From an uncultured Acidobacteriota bacterium (lineage in GTDB: Bacteria; Acidobacteriota; Vicinamibacteria; Vicinamibacterales; UBA2999): a stretch of 64,000 nt of DNA. Shown piece after piece: positions 48,494 to 59,017 of the stretch. The notes under the pieces were generated by a model that saw only the letters and a list, made by a program, of their open reading frames with translations, was not told the DNA's origin and made no database searches. Made by a program: the position numbers and the translations under genes. The stretch is taken from the NCBI GenBank assembly GCA_963734095.1, contig CAVTGK010000010.1, positions 12,656-76,655 of the forward strand, given 5' to 3'. Each line of letters opens with the position of its first letter. Positions within the stretch are counted from its first letter, which is position 1.

Positions 48494-48506
48494 TCGAAAC
48501 CTGTTG

Positions 48507-49523
48507 ATGCTGAGCGACACCCAAACAGGCCGCTGGCCAACCTGCGCCTGTCGGTCACCGACCGGTGCAACTTGCGCTGCCAGTACTGCATGCCCGAGCA
48601 GGACTACATCTGGCTGCCGCGCGAGGACATTCTTCAGTTCGAAGAGATTGATCAGCTCGTCGACGTCTTCCTCTCGTTGGGCGTCCGCAAGGTGCGACTC
48701 ACCGGCGGCGAGCCGCTCCTCCGCAAGGATCTTCCCGTTCTGATCGAACGCCTCGCAGCGAAGGCCGGGCTCGACGACCTGGCGATGACAACCAATGGCG
48801 TCCTGCTCGGCGTCGATGGCGAAACCCCTTCGACATGCGGGCCTTCATCGATTGACCATCAGCCTCGATACGCTGCGTCGCGACCGATTCGTGCAGCTCG
48901 CACGGTACGACGAACTCGATCGGGTGTTGCGAGGGCATCGACGCTGCGACGCCGCTTTTCCCGGGCTTCAAGATCGATACCGTCGTCATTCGCAGCGTCA
49001 ACGACGACGAGCTGATTGAGATGGTCGAGTTCGCAAAGGCTCGCGGCGCCGAGATTCGCTTCATCGAATACATGGACGTCGGGGGCGCCACCCGTTGGAG
49101 CGTCGAGCAGGTCGTCTCGCGCGACGAGATGCTGGCCAGGCTCGGCGAGCACTACGGCACCGTGGTGCCAATCCTGGAAGAGTCGTCTGCGCCCGCTGCG
49201 CGCTATCGTCTCGGCGACGGCACAACGATCGGAATCATCGCGTCAACCACCGCGCCGTTTTGCCAGATTGCGACCGGAGTCGCCTGACGGCGGATGGCAT
49301 GTGGTTCCTTTGCCTGTACGCGACACGCGGTCGCGATTTGCGTCGAGCGCTGAGAGCCGGCGCAACGAACGAAGAGCTTGCAGCGCTCATTGCTGAGGAT
49401 TGGCGCGGACGTAGCGATCGAGGCGCCGAACAGCGCCTGGCCGTCCGTGATCGCTCACCGATGATTCCGCTCAGTTCTCTGAAACGTGATCCGCACCTCG
49501 AAATGCACACTCGCGGCGGCTGA
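48507..49523 (+). CDS. moaA: GTP 3',8-cyclase (molybdenum cofactor biosynthesis protein A); about 4 frame shifts
   Basis: [93 protein letters not shown]. Confidence 0.9.
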
Positions 49524-49524
49524 C

Positions 49525-49593
49525 AGCTCCAGGGTTCCAGGGTTCCAGGGTTCCAAGGTTCCAAGGTTCTAGGTTCTGGGTTCCAGGGTTCAG
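49525..49593. repeat. tandem GGTTCCA(G/A)G units; left arm of the cassette enclosing the four-helix-bundle gene
   Basis: About 9 units starting 2 nt after the moaA stop. Confidence 0.9.
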
Positions 49594-49734
49594 TGTCTGT
49601 TGGCGATCGCAGAAAGTGAGACTGCACGCAGGCCTGAATCGATCACAAATTTCCAACGAGAACGTGACGAAGCTTCGATATCGCTGATCCTGCACGAGAT
49701 TCATCGTGGCCGCCTGCTTGCACGCGAGTGTCTC

Positions 49735-50118
49735 ATGGCTGGCCTTCGCGACTTTCGGGACTTCGCCGCCTGGCAGCGTGCCGAGGAACTTCGCATGCTG
49801 GTTGAGGAGTTCTTGGCTCGGCCTGGCCTGAGGGTTCGCTTTCGCCGTGCACAACAACTAAGCGACGCTGCGGCGTCCGCGCCGAGGAACATCGCTGAAG
49901 GTTTTGGTCGATTCAAGCCGAAACAGTTCGCACAGTTCGTCAGAATTGCGAAGGGTTCGGAGACCGAAGTTCTCAACATCCTCATCGAGGCGCAAAAGGC
50001 CGGATTGCTTTCTAATCCGGACTTCACACGCTACGAAATCTGTACCCGACGCGCTATTGGAACCGCGGTTGGCCTAATTCGCTACCTCGAAGGCGCCGAT
50101 GAACCCGGCCAGGAATAA
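49735..50118 (+). CDS. four-helix-bundle protein (23S rRNA intervening-sequence protein / Avd family)
   Basis: FRDFAAWQRAEELRMLV, QLSDAAASAPRNIAEGFGR, FAQFVRIAKGSETEVLN match the family consensus. An upstream in-frame extension to 49600 is unlikely to be translated. Confidence 0.75.
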   Translation: MAGLRDFRDFAAWQRAEELRMLVEEFLARPGLRVRFRRAQQLSDAAASAPRNIAEGFGRFKPKQFAQFVRIAKGSETEVLNILIEAQKAGLLSNPDFTRYEICTRRAIGTAVGLIRYLEGADEPGQE

Positions 50119-50140
50119 CACGAACAGCGGACGGAGCCGC

Positions 50141-50240
50141 GGAACCTTGGAACCTGGAACTTTGGAACTCTGGAACTTTGGAACCGTGGAACTTTGGAAC
50201 CGTGGAACTTTGGAACCGTGGAACCGTGGAACCTTGGAAC
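50141..50240. repeat. tandem (T)GGAACC units; right arm of the cassette
   Basis: About 13 units (GGAACCTTGGAACCTGGAACTTTGGAACTCTGGAACTTTGGAACCGTGGAAC...), complementary to 49525-49593. Ends 11 nt before stop 50252(-). Confidence 0.9.
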
Positions 50241-50251
50241 TTTTCCGGAGG

Positions 50252-50695
50252 CTAAGCGCAGTGCTCTGCAAAGGCGGCTTTGAGCTGGGCCGCAATGGCC
50301 TCGGCGTCGCTCATCTCGATGTCTCCCCGTTCCATCATGTAGACCAGCTTGCCGTCCTTGAGGATCGCAATTGACGGCGACGACGGCGGATAGGGCGCCA
50401 TCAGCTCGCGCGCGCGACTGGTGGCCTCCACGTCACCCCCCGCAAAGACCGTCGTCAAATGGTCGGGCCGCAGATCGCCGCGAAGGGCCATGGCAATCGC
50501 GGGCCGGGCCTTGCCCGCCGCGCATCCACAAATCGAATTGACGACGATCATCGTCGTGCCTGGACGTTGGACCGCTTCGTCCACGGCGTCCACGGTATTC
50601 AGCTGGGTAAAACCAATGCGGTCGAGTTCCTCCCGCATCGGCGCCAGGAAGTGTTCCGGATAACGATGAGCGATCATCCGTCGATCATAGCGCAT
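50252..50695 (-). CDS. BrxA/BrxB-family bacilliredoxin (DUF1094)
   Basis: Intact 147-aa ORF. VVNSICGCAAGKARP (CGC active site), TVFAGGDVEAT, PSSPSIAILKDGKLV. Confidence 0.8.
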   Translation of the reverse strand: MRYDRRMIAHRYPEHFLAPMREELDRIGFTQLNTVDAVDEAVQRPGTTMIVVNSICGCAAGKARPAIAMALRGDLRPDHLTTVFAGGDVEATSRARELMAPYPPSSPSIAILKDGKLVYMMERGDIEMSDAEAIAAQLKAAFAEHCA

Positions 50696-50736
50696 GCGAT
50701 CCCGCCCGCCGTGAGCTTCGTGCTAGCCTGTGCGGC

Positions 50737-52042
50737 ATGTCGAAGCCCCTGCCTGCCTGGACCCGAACCTCCACAAGCGCTGTCCTTGCTTTTGCCGTGC
50801 TGGTCGCGCCAGGTGTCGTGTCGGGTCAGACGACAGCCCTTGTTGGCGCGCGTGTCATCGATGGCAAAGGCGGGATGATCGACCGTGCGACCATCATCGT
50901 CCGGGACGGCAAAATTGCCGCGATCGGCCCGGCAACATCGGTGCCAGTGCCCGAAGGGGCGCAGCGCGTAGATGTTGCTGGCGCCACCATCGTTCCTGGA
51001 CTCGTCAACGCTCATGGTCATCTGACGGCAGCCAATGGAATGCGGAATGACCCGGCTGGTTACAGCCGTGACGGTCTGCTGCGGCAACTCAAGACCTACG
51101 CGCAGTACGGTGTGACAACGGTCTTCAGTCTTGGTGACGATCAGGAAGCAGCCTTTCAACTGCGGGACGAACAGTCGAGTGGTGCGCTCGATCGCGCGCG
51201 TGTTTTCCTGGCTGGCCCAGTGATCAACAGTGCCACCGCTGTCGATGCGCGATCGATGACCGACAAGGTCGTCGCGATGAAACCGGACCTGTTGAAGCTC
51301 CGGATCGACGACAACCTTGGAAGCTCGAAGAAAATGCCCGAGGAGGCATGGCGCGCGACCATCACGCGGGCCGAAGAGTTGAGGCTGCCCGTGGCCACTC
51401 ACATTTTCTATCTTGCGGACGCCAAGGCAGCGCTCGTGGCTGGAGCGAGACGTGATCGCCCACAGCGTGCGCGACGTGCCGGTGGACGCGGACTTCACTC
51501 GAGAGTTGAAGGCGCGAAACGGGTGCTATACACCGACGCTGATGCGCGAAGTCTCGACCTTCGTCTACGGATCGACGCCCCCGTGGGTGCGAGATCCTTT
51601 CTTCCTGAAAGGCGCTGGCTCCGCGATCGCGGACGAACTATCGGACCCGTCCCGTCAGGCGCAGGTTCAGGCAAGCGGCGCCTACAAGCAAGGCCTCCGG
51701 TACAAGGACGCCCTCGAGGTTGCCAAGCGGAACTTGAAAACGTTATCCGACGCCGGCGTGCGCATCGCGATGGGTACGGACACGGGGCCGGCCGGACGCT
51801 GGCAGGGGTTCTTCGAGCATCTCGAGCTCGAGATGATGGTGGAAGCCGGCATGACGCCAATGCAGGTGCTGGTCGCATCGACAGGCGAGGCGGCTCGTTG
51901 TCATGGTCGCGCCGGTCAGTTCGGGTCGATTGAGGTGGGCGCGTCGGCGGATCTGCTCGTCTTGGACGCGAATCCTCTGGAGGATATTCGCAACACGCGC
52001 AGGATCCGGAGCGTGTGGATCACGGGTCGGCCGTTGCAGTAA
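50737..52042 (+). CDS. amidohydrolase-family protein (secreted); 1 frame shift near 51445
   Basis: Signal peptide. GARVIDGKG, TIVPGLVNAHGHL, VATHIF, IAHSV, GTDTGP, ADLLVLDANPLEDI. Confidence 0.8.
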
Positions 52043-52064
52043 TTGCGCCGTCTACCCATTTCAA

Positions 52065-53329
52065 ATGCCACTGACATTCGTGGCGCCGGGTGGGCGCACG
52101 GCTCGGAATCTGTTTCGCGATGAAGACTTCGCGGAGCAACGCGCGTTTTTTGCGGCGCGGCCCGAACCTGCAGCCGACACCCCTCCATTTGTTCCCCGCT
52201 CAGGCGAAGCGCCTGGGCCTCGCCCAGCTCTCGATTAAGGATGAAACTCGTCGCTTCGGCCTGAACGCCTTCAAGGCGGTCGGCGCAACGTTTGCGATTG
52301 CGCACGCTCAAGGCCCGTGGCTTGATTCGTCCTGGTGCCACTCTCGCCTGCGCGAGCGAGGGGAACCATGGACGCGCCGTCGCACGATCGGCACGACTGG
52401 AAGGATGTTCAGCGGTCGTTTACGTGGCCGATTCCGTCGCTCGAGCGCGCGTCGCGGCGATCGAACTCGAGGGTGCCACTGTCCAGCGCGTCGCCGGCAC
52501 GTATGACGATGCGGTGCGATCGGATGTTGAGTGACGCCGCTCGCGAGCGGTGGACGATCATCTCGGACACCTCATGGGCGGGCTACGACGAGATCCCGCG
52601 ACTGATCATGTTGGGGTACACCCGACTGCTCGACGAAGTCGAGTCGCAATCATCTTCACCGACGGACGTGATCTTCGTGCAGGCCGGTGTCGGTGGACTG
52701 CTGGCGGCCGCGGCATGCTGGGCCAACTGGCGATACGGGAATCAACGACCATCGATCGTCGCTGTCGAACCACTTTCTGCGGCGTGTGTTCAGGCCTCTG
52801 TCAGGGCAAACGCCCCAACACGTCGTCGGCGGCCCGTTTGAGACCATCATGGGTGGCCTGCGCTGCGGCGAGATGTCCCCGATCGCGTTCGAAGCCATTC
52901 GGTCGACTGGTCGACGGCTACATCGCGATCGAGGACCAGTGGGCGCGCGAGGCCATGCGACGGCTGGCCCTGCCGGCCGGCGGCGATCCTCAAATCGAAG
53001 CGGGCGCTTCGGGCGCAGCTTCGCTGGCCGGACTGCTTGCGACCCTCGGCGACCCGGCAGCTGACGAGTTGCGTGATGGGCTCAAGCTCAGCGGCGAGTC
53101 ACGAGTCCTCGTGATCGTGACCGAAGGCGTGACGGATCCCGGTAGCTTCGCAGCGGTTCTACGCGGTAGGTTCTTAACGGGGTTCTTCACGGGGTTCGGG
53201 AACCTCCGGAGAACCCTCGTCAGAACCTGTCCAGAACCCTTCGTCGAGAACCGCCGTCCGGAACGTATCGTCAGCTCGTCCCACAAACGGACACCCTGGC
53301 GAAATCCCCAGGGAACCTTCGCCGTATAA
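52065..53329 (+). CDS. PLP-dependent diaminopropionate ammonia-lyase-like enzyme; >=4 frame shifts, 3' end uncertain
   Basis: LSIKDETRRFGLNAFKAVGATFAI (PLP Lys), ACASEGNHGRAVA, DTSWAGYDEIPRLIMLGY, FVQAGVGGLLAA, IVAVEP. The last ~50 codons run through the 53155 repeat. Confidence 0.6.
53155..53272. repeat. foldback palindrome, GGTTCT / AGAACC units
   Basis: GGTTCTACGCGGTAGGTTCTTAACGGGGTTCTTCACGGGGTTCGGG / AACCTCCGGAGAACCCTCGTCAGAACCTGTCCAGAACCCTTCGTCGAGAACC. Confidence 0.8.
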
Positions 53330-53551
53330 CTCTCGTTTCCTCAACATGTTGACCATTGACGGGCGGCTGGCACATCCTTTGACATTGAGTTTTCCACACG
53401 GCTGTCATCTTTCTGGCCGTCAACTAACGTCTAACCCCATGCTCGGCAAACGACTTCTGGGTATGCCGCTCCCAACACTCGCAGGACACCTTCGATGCGA
53501 GGGCTCTTCGGGGCCGGCACCTCGAAGCACCGGGGCCGTGGAAGCTTTGAG

Positions 53552-54815
53552 ATGGATATTCAACGACCAGCGTCCGTAGCGCGCCAGAAGAAACTGCGCC
53601 GGATTTCCTTCGCCGTTGCCGGCGTCATTGTCGTCGGCCTCGTGTCGGTCGTCCTGGCGCGACTCAAGCCCGCCGCCCCGACGGTCGAGCGCGCAACCGT
53701 GTGGGTTGATACGGTCAAACGCGGCTCGATGCTGGTCAACGTGCGCGGCCTCGGCACGCTCGTGCCGGTGGACGAGGCGCGGCGAATCATCCCGGCCGTC
53801 ACGCAGGGACGCGTCGAGCGCATCGTCCTGCGCCCCGGCGCCATCGTGGAGCCCGACACCATCGTGCTTGAAATGACGGAGCCGACGCTTCAGCAGTCGC
53901 TGAGCGAGGCCGAACAGCAGCTCCGCGCCGCTGAGGCAGACTACAACAGTCTCGAGACGCGGCTCGCGACCGAACGTCTGAACCAGCGCGCTGCTGCAGC
54001 AACCGTCGAAGCTGACTACAAGAATGCGGAATTGCAGAAGGCTGTGGACAGCAACCTGCACAAGGAAGGGCTGTTGGCGCAGATCCAGATGGATCAGTCC
54101 ACGGTGCGTGCCGCGTCGCTCGGCCAGCGAAACAAGATCGAGCAGGAGCGCGTGCAGGTCACTGAGAGCCAACGTCAAGGCCCAGCTCCTGGCGCAACAA
54201 GCGCGGATCGATCAACTGCGATCGATCCGCAACCTGCGACAACAGCAAGTGGACCAGCTCAAGGTGCGCGCGGGCATGAACGGCGTTCTGGAGCAGGTCA
54301 CCGTCAACGTCGGGCAGCAGGTCACGCCAGGCCTCAATCTCGCGCGCGTGGCCGATCCAACGCGGCTCAAAGCGGAGCTGCGTATTGCAGAAACCCAGGC
54401 CCGCGACCTGGCCATCGGCCAGAAGGCCAAGGTCGATACGCGCAACGGATTCATCGAAGGCAAGGTCATTCGAATCGATCCCGCGGCCCAGCAGGGCACG
54501 GTCTCGGTCGACGTCGAGTTGATTGGCGAGTTGCCACGCGGCGCGCGGCCTGACTTGAGCGTCGATGGCGAGATCGAGATCATTCGGCTCGACAACGTTC
54601 TGCACGTGGGCCGGCCGGCGTTCGGGCAGGAGCAAAGTACGGTGGGACTCTTCAAGGTCGATACGACCACGGGCGAAGCCTCGCGTGCGCAGGTGCAACT
54701 GGGCCGCAGCTCGGTCAACACGATCGAGATCCTCAACGGGCTCGCCGAAGGCGATCAGGTCGTGCTCTCGGATATGTCGGCGTGGGATCAGTTCCCACGA
54801 ATTCGGTTGCGGTAA
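53552..54815 (+). CDS. efflux periplasmic adaptor (HlyD/MacA family); 1 frame shift near 54170
   Basis: N-terminal TM segment, long coiled-coil (LQQSLSEAEQQLRAAEADYNSLE...), barrel-sandwich motifs VRAGMNGVLEQVTVNVGQQV, GKVIRIDPAAQQGTVSVDVEL. Confidence 0.85.
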
Positions 54816-54868
54816 GGGACAGGGGTCTCGAACGTTCCCCTGGAACGTTCGCAGTAAAAGGAGTCAGC

Positions 54869-55569
<701 letters not shown>

Positions 55570-55572
55570 CGC

Positions 55573-55741
55573 GTGTGGTCGACGGTCCACGGCCAACGGT
55601 CCACGGTCTACGGCCCACGGGCCGTTGGGAGTCAACAGTTGATCAGTCCTTTGAACTGACAACTGGCAACTGGACACTGATTCCTCGCTGTGAACTGTGG
55701 ACCGTAGGCCGTAGGCCGTGGGCCGTGGACCGTAGGCCGTG
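55573..55741. repeat. foldback palindrome, G(T/C)C(C/T)ACG heptamers / their complements, inside the efflux operon
   Basis: Left GGTCGACGGTCCACGGCCAACGGTCCACGGTCTACGGCCCACGGGCC. Right CTGTGGACCGTAGGCCGTAGGCCGTGGGCCGTGGACCGTAGGCCGTG. The right arm ends on the GTG start of the permease. Confidence 0.9.
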
Positions 55742-58163
55742 ATTCTTCAAGATATCCGCTACGCCCTCCGGTCGCTGCGACGCACGCCGGGCTTCACACT
55801 CATCGCCCTCATCACGCTCGCGCTCGGCATCGGGGGCACGACCGCGATCTTCTCGGTCGTCGACGGCATCCTGCTGCGATCACTCCCCTTTTCCGATGCT
55901 GCAGCAGTGGTCAGCGTCTTACGCTCGACACCGAATGCACAGGATGGTGCGTTTTCTGCCGCGGATTTTCTCGACTACAAGAAGGGGAACCAGAGCCTCG
56001 CAGCCCTGGCCGGGTATCGCGAGGAAATCGTCGATCTGCTCGGTGCTGGCGAACCAATCCGACTGACGTCGCTCGAGACAACCGCCGGCGTTTTTCGACG
56101 TGTTCGGCGTGCCGGCACAACGGGGTCGTGTTTACACCGAAGCGACGGACTCGCCGCGAGGACCTCGCGTAGCAGTCGCGTCAGCCAAGCTGTGGCGGCA
56201 GCATCTGGGCGGCGATCCCAACGTCGTCGGGCGCACCGTGCGACTCAATGGCGTGCCGATGACTCTCATCGGCGTGATGCCAGATGGTTTCGTGCATCCC
56301 GCCGATGTGGACTTTTGGGTGCTCGCCCCGAACGACGTCCCGACGTCGCCGATTCCGATTGAGGGCGATATCGTCGCAAACCGCGAGGTCCAGTACTTCC
56401 AGGCGGTCGCGCGACTTCGTCCAGACGTGGGCGTGGAGCGCGCCAATCAGGATCTGCGAGCGATCGCGGAGCGGACGGCGCGTGAGTTTCCCGACACGAA
56501 TCAGGGCGAAGCTGCGTCCGTCGTCCCATTTCAGGAGCGCCTCGTCGGCGACGTGCGTAGCGCGCTGCTCGTCCTGTTTGGTGCCGTGGGCTTCGTGCTC
56601 CTGATCGCGTGCGCCAACGTGGCCAGCCTGCTCCTGGCGCGCGGTGCCGGCCGGCGGCGGGAGCTCGCCGTCCGAACCGCCCTTGGCGCTGGACGCGCCC
56701 GCTTGATCCGACAGCTACTGACCGAGAGCCTCGTTCTCGCCGGCGCTGGCGGCCTCCTCGGCCTGCTGGTGGCGTACTGGGGTGTTCAGGCGCTCGTTGC
56801 GATCGCCCCGCAGTCGATCCCGAGACTCGCGGACATTCAACTGGATCCGCGGGTTGCCGGCTTTGCAGTGGCTATTTCGGCGGCCGTCGGCGTGTTGTTT
56901 GGCATCTTCCCGGCGTTGCAGGGCACGCGGATGGATCCGGGCCATGCGCTGAAGGACGGTGGTCGCACTGGAACCGCGCGCACTCGCACCCAGAAGCTGC
57001 TCGTTGTCGGTGAAGTTGCGCTGGCGCTGATGCTGCTGATCGGGGCTGGATTGATGCTCACGAGTTTTGCGCGACTGCGCGCCGTCGATCCAGGCTTCAC
57101 GGTGACGAGCGTCGTCTCCGTCTTCGTGCCACTGCCTCAGGCGCGTTACGACAATCCGGCACAGGCGCGTTTCTACACGCAGCTATTCGAACGGCTGCAA
57201 TCGAATCCGATGACCGCACGCTCTGGCCTTGGCTTTCCACTCCCCTTTGGAGGCGGCAACGCGGCCGGTGGCTATACGGTGGAGGGCGCATCTCCCCAAA
57301 CGCGACCCGAGCGCCCGATTGCGCAACTGACTTCCGTCACGCCTGGCTTTTTTCAAACCATGGGCATTGCACTGCTGCGCGGACGAGACGTCCAGCTCAC
57401 GGACACGCGAGACCGCCTGGGCGTCGCGATCGTCAACAAGACGCTGGCCGACAAGGAGTGGCCCGGGCAGGACCCTCTTGGCAAGCGTCTCGCGATCGGC
57501 GGTGATCCCGACAATCCGCAGTCATGGATAACGGTGGTGGGCGTCGTCAGCGACTCCAAGCGCGGAGACCTGCAATCTGCGACCCAGCCGGCGATCTACC
57601 TGCCGCACAACAACTTCACGCTCCCCTTCATGAGCGTTCTCGTGCGAAGTGACGCGGGAGAGGCGGCGGTCGCAAGCGCCGTTCGCGCCACGGTCCAGTC
57701 AATGGATCCCGAACTGCCGATCGGAGATGTCGAAGCGCTCGAACGCATCGTCGAACGCGTCACGGGCCAACCGAGATTTCGAGCGCTCCTCATCGGCTCG
57801 TTCGCGTTGGCGGCGCTCTCGTTGGCCGCAATCGGCCTGTACGGCTTGATCAGCTACACCGTTGCGCAGCGGTCACCGGAGATCGGGGTACGCCTCGCGC
57901 TCGGCGCCACGCCGTTGCAGGTCGGCCGTCTCATCCTCGGTCAGGGGCTGACGCTGGCAGCCGCCGGCATTGCGCTGGGCCTGGCGGGCGCCGTTGCTGC
58001 GACGCGCCTGCTCGAAGGCTTGTTGTTCTCGATCAGTACGACCGACCCCACGGTTTACGCGGCGCTCGCCGGCTTGCTGCTCGCGATTGCCGCTCTGGCG
58101 TGTTACGTCCCGGCGCGGCGCGCGATGCGCGTCGACCCCGTGGTGGCCTTACGTTCCGAGTGA
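55739..58163 (+). CDS. ADOP-family duplicated FtsX/MacB-type permease; 1 frame shift near 56100
   Basis: [28 protein letters not shown] signature N-terminus and two FtsX-like 4-TM modules. Pieces 55739-56362 and 56100-58163. Confidence 0.9.
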
Positions 58164-58251
58164 CAAGGTCCACGGTACAAGGCAGAATGCAGGAGCACCG
58201 AATCCATCAGAGACGCTTCGTCCCGCCGCGCGGGGCTTCTGCCTCCCGATC

Positions 58252-58917
58252 ATGATCAAACTTCGAAGCATCGATAAGAGTTACCGACACGGCTTGTCTC
58301 AGACGTTCGTCCTCAGACGAATCACTGCCGACATCCAGCAAGGTGAGTTCGTGTCGATCATGGGACCGTCCGGCGCCGGCAAGAGCACGCTCCTCCACAT
58401 CATGGGCATGCACGACAGCGCATGGACCGGCGAGTACTGGCTGTTCGACGAGCCGGTGCACCAGTTGAATGCGAAGGATCGCATGCGACTGCAGAAGCAG
58501 CACGTCGGTTTCGTGTTTCAGAGCTACCATCTCCTCGATAACCTCACGGTTTACGAAAACATCGACCTTCCGCTCTCCTATCGCGACGTCAAGAAGTCCG
58601 AACGGCAGGGCATGGTCGCGGACATCCTGGACAGGTTCAACATCGTGGGTAAGAAGGACCTGTATCCCAATCAATTGTCGGGCGGCCAGCAACAGTTGGT
58701 CGCGATCGCTCGCGCCGTCGTCGCGAAACCTAATTTGATCCTGGCCGACGAGCCAACCGGCAACCTCCATTCCGACCAGGGTCGCGAAATCATGGAGCTG
58801 TTCAAGCGCTTGAACGATGCCGGCACCACGGTGATACAGGTGACCCACTCCGAGCTGAACGCCTCGTATGGACGACGAATCATCAAGCTGAAGGACGGGT
58901 GGGTGGTTGAGGAATAG
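58252..58917 (+). CDS. second ABC transporter ATP-binding protein
   Basis: Intact. GPSGAGKST, LSGGQQQLVAIARA, ILADEPTGNLH, VTHS. Confidence 0.9.
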   Translation: MIKLRSIDKSYRHGLSQTFVLRRITADIQQGEFVSIMGPSGAGKSTLLHIMGMHDSAWTGEYWLFDEPVHQLNAKDRMRLQKQHVGFVFQSYHLLDNLTVYENIDLPLSYRDVKKSERQGMVADILDRFNIVGKKDLYPNQLSGGQQQLVAIARAVVAKPNLILADEPTGNLHSDQGREIMELFKRLNDAGTTVIQVTHSELNASYGRRIIKLKDGWVVEE

Positions 58918-58926
58918 GGCAGAGCA

Positions 58927-59003
58927 AGAGTTACAAGTTACAAGTTAAGAGTTACAAGTCTGAGGGCGCCTCGTTTTGAACATGTAACTTGTAACTTGTA
59001 CTC
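58927..59003. repeat. foldback palindrome, GTTACAA heptamers
   Basis: AGAGTTACAAGTTACAAGTTAAGAGTTACAAGTC ... CATGTAACTTGTAACTTGTACTC. Confidence 0.9.
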
Positions 59004-59017
59004 GCTGTAGAGAGACC

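Noticed and set aside
38576-49523. Interpreting the multiply broken ilvD, UPF0182, moaA and neighbouring genes as genuine pseudogenes or as recoding (selenocysteine or programmed shifts).
   Set aside because: There are too many breaks per gene, in core genes, with sequence conservation intact across the junctions. Indel error is the economical explanation, pending a read-level check.
49735-50118. Four-helix-bundle gene as the Avd component of a diversity-generating retroelement.
   Set aside because: No reverse transcriptase and no template/variable repeat pair in the window. There is also no rRNA gene, so it is not a true 23S IVS.
50141-50240. Tandem arrays as possible CRISPR arrays.
   Set aside because: Units are only 7-9 nt with no unique spacers, each array has a complementary partner array, and there are no cas genes in the window.
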